64,000 bases of DNA from contig JAZNCU010000031.1 of assembly GCA_045587745.1 (NCBI GenBank), forward strand, positions 2,330 to 66,329, read 5' to 3'. Below, in pieces: positions 1-7,856 of the stretch. This DNA is from Eubacteriales bacterium (GTDB lineage: Bacteria; Bacillota; Clostridia; Oscillospirales; CAG-382). The position numbers and the translations under genes were made by a program. The notes under the pieces are model-generated. The model was not told the DNA's origin and searched no databases. It worked only from the letters and a program-made list of their open reading frames with translations. The first letter of the stretch is position 1. Each line of letters opens with the position of its first letter.

Positions 1-579
1 GTGTGGCTGCACAGCAGCCGCTCCAAAACGGCTCCCGAGGGAAAAGCCGTGAGCCTGGTATATGCCGGAGCGATCGACAAAAACAAAAACGCTCTGACCA
101 CTGCCAAGGCGTGCGAAAGACTGATCTCCGAGGGCTATACCGTTGATTTCACGGTGGTCGGCAGCGTGCACGATCAATCGGTTTACCAAAAGCTCCAAAA
201 ATACAGCTTTGTGCACTGTTATCCCCGCAAAACGAAGCAGGAGCTGATAGAGCTTTACAAAACCAAGGATATATTCGTAATGCCCTCGTTTTACGAGACG
301 TTCGGGCTGGTTTACGCCGAGGCAATATCGCAGGGACTCCCCGTGATATACTCAAGGGGACAGGGCTTTGACGGGCAGTTTCCCGAGGGACACGTCGGCT
401 ACAGCACCGACTCATCGGATGCGGGCGGGATTGCCGATGCGGTCGTCCGTATTCTCGAAGATTACGGGAATATGTCGGTCAGATGTATGGAGAGCTGCGG
501 CAAGTTCAGCTGGAGCAAAATAGCCTCCGAATACGAGTTGATATACACAAAAATCAAAAAAGGTGAAACGATTGAATAA
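1..579 (+). CDS. glycosyltransferase (GT-B fold, family 1/4), C-terminal part. The 5' end lies outside the window.
   Basis: The ORF runs in from the window edge. It carries the C-terminal GT-B motif ETFGLVYAEAISQGLPVIYS (EX7E type). It is the first of ten tightly packed same-strand sugar genes. Confidence 0.75.
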   Translation: MWLHSSRSKTAPEGKAVSLVYAGAIDKNKNALTTAKACERLISEGYTVDFTVVGSVHDQSVYQKLQKYSFVHCYPRKTKQELIELYKTKDIFVMPSFYETFGLVYAEAISQGLPVIYSRGQGFDGQFPEGHVGYSTDSSDAGGIADAVVRILEDYGNMSVRCMESCGKFSWSKIASEYELIYTKIKKGETIE

Positions 580-1753
580 AGCTTTTTACTTTTGCGGTCA
601 GGTAATACCCGACTCTCTGCTTGAAAAGCATTTTGACAGGCTTAAGGGCTGCTTTTCCCCTGCCGGGAATACTTTTTACAACGCTCTGCTCGACGGCATT
701 TGCGAGAACGGCTGCGGCGTTTACACGGCAGTCGCTCTGCCAAAGGAGCTCCTTGACGTCTGCAGGGCGGAGTATTCGGGCTGCTGGCATATATTTTGGG
801 GCACAAAAAGCAACAGCTTTGTGCTACGTGCGATAAAGAACTTTTTTGCGGCGTTCAACAGCATCCGCACGTTCAGGCGCAAGGAGGCCGAGTCGGAAAA
901 ATACGTTGTTTTCAACGTGCTGAGGCTCGGCTCGGTAATAGGCGGACTGCTTGCCTGCAAGCTGCTTGGGCTGAATAGCATCGGAGTTGTTACCGACGTG
1001 CCGGGCTACCGCATCAAGACCGAAAAAAAAGAGAGTCTGTTCCGCAGAGCCTGCGACCGTCTGGCGCAAATGCTGCTCGGCTCGTTTGACTCCTACGTTT
1101 TGCTCTCGGAGGCAATGGCGCAGGTTATGCCCGTAAAGCACAAGCCCTACACTGTTATCGAGGGAATGTATAAGGGCGGAGATGAGCCTGCTTGCGGAAG
1201 CACCGATAAATACGGCGATTTTACCGTGCTTTACGCAGGGTCGCTTCACAGCAAATACGGGATCATGAGCCTTGTGGATGCCGTGAGAGGCATTGAGAAC
1301 AGCGGAATGCGGCTCCTTATTTACGGAAGCGGTGAGGCAGAGGACAGGATACGCAGTGCTTCGGAGGAGGACAGCCGTATATGCTTTGGAGGTAGTATTT
1401 CGCACCGGGAAATACTCTGCGAGGAGCGAAGGGCATCCCTGCTCGTCAATCCGAGACCTGTTGACGACGAATACGTAAAATATTCCTTCCCCTCAAAAAA
1501 TATGGAATATATGGCATCGGGTACGCCCGTCCTGCTGACGGATATTCCCAGCCTGCCCGAGGAATACAAGCAGTACGTTTTTTTGGCAGAGGACGGCTCG
1601 GCGGAATCCCTTCGCAGGGAGATAGAGGCTCTTGCCGATAAAGAAGCGTACGAATCGGCTCTTGCAAGAGCCGGCTCCGCAAGGAACTTTATTTTGGAAA
1701 ACAAAACTTCTGCCATCCAGGCAGGAAAACTTATAGAATTTTTAGACAGATGA
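563..1753 (+). CDS. glycosyltransferase, GT4-like
   Basis: 396-aa ORF with a GTG start that overlaps the upstream stop. The C-terminal half has a GT-B signature (GSGEAEDRI...FPSKNMEYMASGTPVLLTD). It sits in the glycan locus. Confidence 0.7.
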   Translation: MKRLNKAFYFCGQVIPDSLLEKHFDRLKGCFSPAGNTFYNALLDGICENGCGVYTAVALPKELLDVCRAEYSGCWHIFWGTKSNSFVLRAIKNFFAAFNSIRTFRRKEAESEKYVVFNVLRLGSVIGGLLACKLLGLNSIGVVTDVPGYRIKTEKKESLFRRACDRLAQMLLGSFDSYVLLSEAMAQVMPVKHKPYTVIEGMYKGGDEPACGSTDKYGDFTVLYAGSLHSKYGIMSLVDAVRGIENSGMRLLIYGSGEAEDRIRSASEEDSRICFGGSISHREILCEERRASLLVNPRPVDDEYVKYSFPSKNMEYMASGTPVLLTDIPSLPEEYKQYVFLAEDGSAESLRREIEALADKEAYESALARAGSARNFILENKTSAIQAGKLIEFLDR

Positions 1754-3000
1754 GTGAGAGTTTAATGAGTTCAAAAATAATCACAAAATCGGATATAGCG
1801 TTACTGCTGACGCTGTTCCTGACAAGCGGATTTGTCGTAAAAAACAACCTCATATCCTGGACCGCAACCGTGCTTTTGTGGGTTGTGGACTTTGTGCTGC
1901 TGGCTGTCTCGGTCAGAAGGATAAACGCAAAGAGCTTTTTCACCTTTGCGGTTTTTATAATTGTTGCAATTGCCTCGATGTATCACAATAACGAAATAGC
2001 GGTACAGCAGCTGGGATACCTGTTCCTCACTTATTTTACGATGCTTGCTTACACCAGCATTTACGGCGTGGAGGAGTTTAAGCAGTCCTTCTGCCGTGTA
2101 ATGGCGTTTTTGTGCATCACCTCTCTGATATTCTTTGCGATATATATGCTGGTGCCCTCTATGGACAGCCGATCCAACGTTGTCGGTACCGGCGGACTCA
2201 CCGCATCGAATTTGATTATTTTCGTAAAATACGTCGGACTGTCCCGAAACATGAGTATGTTCTGGGAGCCGGGTGCGTTCCAGACGTTCATAATACTTGC
2301 GATGACGTTTGAACTTTTCAATGAGAAGGCAAGCGCCTTCCGCCTCACGCTGTACGCAGTCACCATTCTTTCCACATTCTCATCCGCAGGCTATATCGGT
2401 CTGGCAATGGTTCTTTTGCTTGCGTTCCTCAAGAAGAGCGACAGCGCGACCAAATCGATCAGATTCTGGGTCGTTTCGGCAACGATGCTGATCATCGTAT
2501 TCGTGTACGTCAATCAAGACGCTTTGTTTGACACCTCCTCCTCAACGGTTTTCGGTAAGATAATCGACTTTTTGAACGAGGAGGGCTACAACTCCACGGT
2601 ACGTACGTCGGTTTCGACGAGATACTACGCCGTCATCAAGCCTGTTGAGGAGTTTTTTAAGGATCCTCTGCTCGGATGCGGTTATGCCGGTCTTATCGAG
2701 AGAACCAAGCTCTATACCTACGGTATGAACACCTGCACCTTTGTAAACTGGTTTGCGGTATACGGTGTGTTTTACGGACTGATCATTTCGGTCGGATATC
2801 TGAAATTTGCCAAAAAGCTTGGTAAAACGAACTTTATGGCATTTATGATTATGGTCGTGCTGTTCGTTGCAACGATGTCCGAAAACTACGTAAACAACCC
2901 GTTCTTCCTCATTTTTATGCTGTACGGCTACTCCTCGGAGGACGAGCGCAGGGCTGTACCATTTTCGCAAAAAAAGCACGCTTGGGCATTGGAGCACTAA
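1750..3000 (+). CDS. wzy: O-antigen/capsule repeat-unit polymerase-like membrane protein (Wzy-type)
   Basis: 416 aa and very hydrophobic with many TM segments. The start overlaps the upstream stop (ATGA). It lies immediately before the flippase. The DNA here looks more A/T-rich than the flanks, as is common for wzy/wzx. No catalytic motif can be verified by eye. Confidence 0.55.
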   Translation: MSESLMSSKIITKSDIALLLTLFLTSGFVVKNNLISWTATVLLWVVDFVLLAVSVRRINAKSFFTFAVFIIVAIASMYHNNEIAVQQLGYLFLTYFTMLAYTSIYGVEEFKQSFCRVMAFLCITSLIFFAIYMLVPSMDSRSNVVGTGGLTASNLIIFVKYVGLSRNMSMFWEPGAFQTFIILAMTFELFNEKASAFRLTLYAVTILSTFSSAGYIGLAMVLLLAFLKKSDSATKSIRFWVVSATMLIIVFVYVNQDALFDTSSSTVFGKIIDFLNEEGYNSTVRTSVSTRYYAVIKPVEEFFKDPLLGCGYAGLIERTKLYTYGMNTCTFVNWFAVYGVFYGLIISVGYLKFAKKLGKTNFMAFMIMVVLFVATMSENYVNNPFFLIFMLYGYSSEDERRAVPFSQKKHAWALEH

Positions 3001-4386
3001 ATGTTAAAAAGGTTACTGAGCAAATTTGCAAAAATCGACGGCAACTCGAGGGCGGTTTATCTTAACGTAATAGCCGCATTCGGGGTCAAGGGGCTGTCGC
3101 TTATAGTTAATTTGTTTGCCACTCCCGCATATATCAAATATTTTAACGACGATGCCGCACTCGGTATATGGTACACCTTTTTGTCGGTAATAACCTGGAT
3201 ACTCAATTTTGACCTCGGTATCGGAAACGGTCTGCGTAACAGGCTTACCTCCGCATTGGCAAAGGGCAAAAAGGAGGACGCAAGGGGATATATCTCGAGC
3301 GCATACATTTCGATAGGCGCACTCGTGTTTGCCGCAACCGCGGTTTCGATGCTCACCTTTGACAAGGTCAACTGGAACGGTGTTTTCAACATCGGCACAG
3401 AGGTTATTTCGGAAGAGGCGATGACTACCTCCGTAAAGATAATCTTTGCAGGAATAATGCTTCAGTTCTTCCTAAGGCTCATTTCGTCGGTGCTGTACGC
3501 ACTCCAGCTGTCATCGCTCAACAATTTTTTGGTGCTGATAACCTCCTGCATCAATCTGGCGTACGTGCTTGTTGCAGGGTCGGGAAGCAACAACGAAAAC
3601 ATCATAAAAATGTCGGTGGTGCATATTATCGCCGTCAATCTGCCTCTGCTGACAGTAAGCGTTATCGTGTTTTCCAAGAAAATGAGGGAATACATACCAA
3701 CGCTCAGCTGCTTCAGGCTTTCCTACGCACGACAGGTGCTCGGGTTGGGCGGAGTTTTCTTCGGAGTGCAGATCTTCTATATGATACTCGTTAACACGAA
3801 TGAATTTTTGATATCCCGTTTTACCGACAGCGCAAACGTTGTGGACTATCAGATTTATCACAAGCTGTTTACGCTTGCGGGCACGCTCGTCACGCTGGCG
3901 CTGGCGCCGGTATGGTCGGCGGTAACCAAGGCGTTTGCCGAGAGGAATTTCACCTGGATAACGAAGCTGTACCGCCGTCTGCTCGTAATAGCCGGAATAA
4001 CCTGGGCTCTCGAGTACGTGTTCCTGATTTTCCTGCAACCGGCAGTAAATATCTGGCTCGGGGACAGTGCTATTAAGGTGGATTATCCGATCGCTTTGAT
4101 TTTTGCATCGCTCGGAGGGCTTATGGCACTGATAGGAGTTCTCTCGAGCTTTGCAAACGGAGTGGGTTTTTTGAAGACTCAGTTAATCTGCTACGGAATA
4201 GGCGCCTGTGTAAAGGTTCCGCTGTCATACGTTCTTATAGACGCCATCGAAAGCTGGAGCGGAGTAATTCTCGCAACGGTAATTATACTTTTGATTTTCG
4301 CTGTGGCGCAAATCGTTTCGTTTGAGATCTTTTTGAAAAAAGCAAAAGCAGTAAACACGGAGGAAGCTGTATATGAGCATATTTAA
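3001..4386 (+). CDS. wzx: polysaccharide flippase (Wzx, MOP/MATE-like)
   Basis: 461 aa with about 12 predicted TM segments. The N-terminus (NVIAAFGVKGLSLIVNLFATPAYIKYF) is typical of polysaccharide biosynthesis (PST) flippases. The ATG directly follows the wzy stop. Confidence 0.7.
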   Translation: MLKRLLSKFAKIDGNSRAVYLNVIAAFGVKGLSLIVNLFATPAYIKYFNDDAALGIWYTFLSVITWILNFDLGIGNGLRNRLTSALAKGKKEDARGYISSAYISIGALVFAATAVSMLTFDKVNWNGVFNIGTEVISEEAMTTSVKIIFAGIMLQFFLRLISSVLYALQLSSLNNFLVLITSCINLAYVLVAGSGSNNENIIKMSVVHIIAVNLPLLTVSVIVFSKKMREYIPTLSCFRLSYARQVLGLGGVFFGVQIFYMILVNTNEFLISRFTDSANVVDYQIYHKLFTLAGTLVTLALAPVWSAVTKAFAERNFTWITKLYRRLLVIAGITWALEYVFLIFLQPAVNIWLGDSAIKVDYPIALIFASLGGLMALIGVLSSFANGVGFLKTQLICYGIGACVKVPLSYVLIDAIESWSGVILATVIILLIFAVAQIVSFEIFLKKAKAVNTEEAVYEHI

Positions 4387-5419
4387 GGATTCGGTTTTAC
4401 TTATCACGGGCGGCACGGGCTCTTTCGGCAACGCGGTGCTCAACAGGTTTTTGGATACCGATATAGGCGAGATCAGAGTTTTTTCGAGAGATGAGAAAAA
4501 GCAGGACGATATGCGCCACGAGTTTCAGGCAAGAATGCCAGAGGCGGCAGGCAAGATCAAGTTCTTTATTGGAGACGTAAGGGATCTTGCAAGCGTAAAG
4601 AACGCTCTGCACGGAGTGGACTATATTTTCCACGCCGCTGCGCTGAAGCAGGTGCCCTCATGCGAGTTTTTCCCGATGGAGGCAGTCCGCACAAACGTTA
4701 TCGGAACAGATAACGTTCTTACCGCCGCTATTGAGGAGGGCGTTAAATCGGTAATATGTCTTTCCACCGATAAGGCGGCATACCCCGTAAACGCCATGGG
4801 TATTACCAAGGCGCTCGAGGAAAGAGTTGCTGTGGCAAAATCGAGGACCGTTGATCCCAAGAAAACCAAAATATGCTGTACCCGTTACGGAAACGTTATG
4901 TGCTCCAGAGGCTCGGTTATTCCCCTTTGGATCGATCAGATAAAATCGGGCAACCCCATCACCATTACCGAGCCTGCGATGACACGCTTTATAATGTCGC
5001 TCGACGAGGCGGTTGACCTCGTGCTCTTTGCGTTTGAAAACGGTATTTCGGGCGATATTCTCGTTCAAAAGGCTCCCGCCTGCACGATAGGCGTTCTTGC
5101 ACAGGCGGTAAAGGAACTGTTTGACAGTAAGGACGAGATAAAGATTATCGGCATCCGTCACGGCGAGAAGATGTATGAAACGTTGCTTACAAACGAGGAA
5201 TGCGCCCACGCCGAGGATATGGGTAATTTTTACAGAGTGCCCTGTGACAAGCGCACTCTTAACTACGACAAGTATTACAGCGACGGCGACAAAAAACGCA
5301 ATCCGCTGACCGAGTTCAACTCCAACAATACCACCATTCTCGGCGTTGAGCAGGTCAAGGAAAAGCTTTTGTCTCTTGCATATATCCGCGAGGAAATTGA
5401 AGCGTGGAAAAACCGCTGA
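4373..5419 (+). CDS. capE: UDP-N-acetylglucosamine 4,6-dehydratase/5-epimerase (inverting), CapE/FnlA/WbjB type
   Basis: LLITGGTGSFGNAVLNRFL...EIRVFSRDEKKQDDM...FIGDVRD...HAAALKQVPSCEFFPMEAV.TNV.GT.NV...LSTDKAAYPVNAMG..K...E...RYGNVM.SRGSVIP is close to colinear with Staphylococcus CapE as I remember it. The C-terminal YRVPCDKRTLNYDKY also fits. A GAGGAAG RBS precedes the ATG. Confidence 0.85.
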   Translation: MSIFKDSVLLITGGTGSFGNAVLNRFLDTDIGEIRVFSRDEKKQDDMRHEFQARMPEAAGKIKFFIGDVRDLASVKNALHGVDYIFHAAALKQVPSCEFFPMEAVRTNVIGTDNVLTAAIEEGVKSVICLSTDKAAYPVNAMGITKALEERVAVAKSRTVDPKKTKICCTRYGNVMCSRGSVIPLWIDQIKSGNPITITEPAMTRFIMSLDEAVDLVLFAFENGISGDILVQKAPACTIGVLAQAVKELFDSKDEIKIIGIRHGEKMYETLLTNEECAHAEDMGNFYRVPCDKRTLNYDKYYSDGDKKRNPLTEFNSNNTTILGVEQVKEKLLSLAYIREEIEAWKNR

Positions 5420-5486
5420 CGTTTGAATTTTGTACCGTGGAAGACGCAAAAATCGATCGTGACTTTATTTGAGGAAGTTTGAAAAT

Positions 5487-6710
5487 ATGGATTCTTTATG
5501 CCCGGGCAACAAGGAATATACCCTTATTCTGCAGGCTGTCGCCAACAGCCTTTTTGGGCATAGCTATGCCATCGACGGGCAGGACGCAGACTGGCAGGCG
5601 GTGCTCGACGAGAGCGTGAAGCAATCGGTATGCTACCTTGTTTATGACGGAATAAAAGATAAAAGCATCATTCCGAAAGAGGTGTACGCTTCCTGGTTCA
5701 AGTATATGTATATCTACGCCCGTGACAACGCTGCGGTCAACTTAAGTCACGGCTATCTCGACGAGCTGATGAACAGCCACGGTATCCCCTACTGTATTTT
5801 TAAGGGCATGGCGTCTGAGTTCTATTACCCAAACCCCAAGCTACGTGCTATGGGCGACGTGGATTTTGCCGTTCCCAAGGAGCGCTTTGAGGAGGCCTCC
5901 CGTCTTTTGGCGCAGGAGGGCTTTGAGATGTCTGCCGAGGAGCACATCTGCCACAGGGTTTTCAAAAAGGGCAGGGTTCATCTCGAGCTGCATTTTGAGC
6001 CTGCAGGTATGCCCGAGGGCAAAAGCAGGGAGATTGCCGAGGAATATTTTGCCGATCTTTTTGACGGCACGTCCCACGATACGCTGGAGGGTGTTTCGTT
6101 TAGAAATCCCTCTCGGTTTCATCACGGACTCGTTATGCTTTTGCATACCTACCACCACCTTTTGTCCGAGGGAATAGGACTCAGACACCTGTGCGACTGG
6201 GCTGTATTCGTAAACTCCTTTACCGACGAGGAGTTTTGCGAAATATTCCGTGAAAGGCTGGAGCGTATAGGACTTTGGAAGTTTGCCCGTGTGCTGAGCG
6301 CAACCGCCCGGGACAGGATCGGACTTCCCCCACGTGAATGGATAGGCAATATCGACAGCGGGCTGACCGCCGATCTGATACAGGATATTTTTGAGGGCGG
6401 AAATTTTGGCAAAAAGGATACCTCACGTGTACAGGAGGGCGCAATGATCTCCAACCGCGGAAAGGACGGAGTAAAGGGCTCAAAGCTTTTACAGCTTATC
6501 CGTGTCAAAAACGAGGATGCGGCAAGAAATCACTCAGCTTTTAGAAATCGGGCCCTAAAGCCTTTCGGATTTGCGTTTTTGGGAATAAGATATTGCTTCC
6601 GTGTTATAACCGGAAAGCGCTCTGCGGTGGACATCAAGAGTCTGTCCGACAATGCAGAAAAAAGAAAAAGGATCTACTCACAGTTTGAGCTGTTTGAAAG
6701 AGGAAAATAG
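5487..6710 (+). CDS. uncharacterised nucleotidyltransferase-fold protein (PF14907-like)
   Basis: Carries an NTase-like motif LRAMGDVDFAVPKERFEEASRLL followed by a helical C-terminal region. I prefer the ATG at 5487, 9 nt after GAGGAAG, over the TTG at 5469 given in the ORF track. Confidence 0.5.
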   Translation: MDSLCPGNKEYTLILQAVANSLFGHSYAIDGQDADWQAVLDESVKQSVCYLVYDGIKDKSIIPKEVYASWFKYMYIYARDNAAVNLSHGYLDELMNSHGIPYCIFKGMASEFYYPNPKLRAMGDVDFAVPKERFEEASRLLAQEGFEMSAEEHICHRVFKKGRVHLELHFEPAGMPEGKSREIAEEYFADLFDGTSHDTLEGVSFRNPSRFHHGLVMLLHTYHHLLSEGIGLRHLCDWAVFVNSFTDEEFCEIFRERLERIGLWKFARVLSATARDRIGLPPREWIGNIDSGLTADLIQDIFEGGNFGKKDTSRVQEGAMISNRGKDGVKGSKLLQLIRVKNEDAARNHSAFRNRALKPFGFAFLGIRYCFRVITGKRSAVDIKSLSDNAEKRKRIYSQFELFERGK

Positions 6711-6712
6711 AT

Positions 6713-7852
6713 ATGCAATTTCGTGATCTCGGTGCTCAGTACACCGCTCTGAAAAATGAAATAGACTCCGCGGTAATGGAGGTTATGGCAAGCTCAAGGT
6801 TTATACTCGGTCCTCAGGTCGAGCAGCTTGAAGGAGAGCTTGCGTCCTACGTGGGCAGGAAGCATTGTGTTTCCTGCGCAAACGGAACCGATGCGCTCGT
6901 TCTCGTGCTCAAGGCGTGGGGCATCGGTGAGGGAGATGCGGTTTTCGCACCCGATTTTACGTTTTTTGCCACGATAAACTGCGCTATGGGACTCGGCGCA
7001 ACACCGGTGCTGGTCGATATTGACGACAGGACCTTCAATATGTGCCCCGTATCGCTCGAGAAGGCGATCGAGAGAACTATTGCCGAGGGCAAGCTCACTC
7101 CCAAAGTCATCATTCCCGTTGACCTTTTCGGTCAGTGTGCCGACTATTCCGAGATCGAGAGGATTGCCGCAAAATACGGTCTAAAAATTCTCGAGGACGG
7201 AGCACAGGGATTTGGCGGAAGTGTAGGCGGAAGGCTCGCTTGCTCGTTCGGAGATGCATCGACCACTTCATTTTTCCCTGCAAAGCCTCTCGGCTGCTAC
7301 GGTGACGGCGGTGCGATATTTACCGATGACGATGAGCTTGACACCCTGCTCCGCTCGATACGTGCACAGGGCAGGTCGCCCGAGGACAAGTACGACAACC
7401 GCTCGGTTGGCTACAACTCCCGTCTTGACACAATGCAGGCGGCTATACTGATTCCGAAATTCCACGCATTCCGTGACTACGAGCTCGATGCGGTTAACAA
7501 GGCCGCCCAAAAATACACCTCGCTCCTGACCGACAAGGTGATAAAGCCCTTCGTTCCCGAGGGATACGTCTCATCCTGGGCTCAGTACACGATACTGCTT
7601 CCTGACGGAAAGGTCAGAGCTGCGCTTCAGGCGTTCCTCAAGGAACGGGGAATCCCCACGATGATATACTATCCGCGCGGAATGCACCGCCAGACGGCGG
7701 CTGTCAACGCAGGTCTGTCGCACGGGGAGTTTCCCAATACCGACAGGATTACCGAGACCTGTCTTTCGCTGCCCATGCACCCCTATTTGTCCGATGAGGA
7801 TATTGCGATGATATCGGACGCAATAAACGATTTTTTTGAGACGAGGAACTGA
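6713..7852 (+). CDS. DegT/DnrJ/EryC1/StrS-family PLP-dependent sugar aminotransferase
   Basis: Shows the family N-terminus (FILGPQVEQLEGELASYVG...CANGTDAL), the DIDDRTFNM segment, and the catalytic-lysine segment SFFPAKPLGCYGDGGAIFT. Confidence 0.85.
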   Translation: MQFRDLGAQYTALKNEIDSAVMEVMASSRFILGPQVEQLEGELASYVGRKHCVSCANGTDALVLVLKAWGIGEGDAVFAPDFTFFATINCAMGLGATPVLVDIDDRTFNMCPVSLEKAIERTIAEGKLTPKVIIPVDLFGQCADYSEIERIAAKYGLKILEDGAQGFGGSVGGRLACSFGDASTTSFFPAKPLGCYGDGGAIFTDDDELDTLLRSIRAQGRSPEDKYDNRSVGYNSRLDTMQAAILIPKFHAFRDYELDAVNKAAQKYTSLLTDKVIKPFVPEGYVSSWAQYTILLPDGKVRAALQAFLKERGIPTMIYYPRGMHRQTAAVNAGLSHGEFPNTDRITETCLSLPMHPYLSDEDIAMISDAINDFFETRN

Positions 7853-7856
7853 TAAA

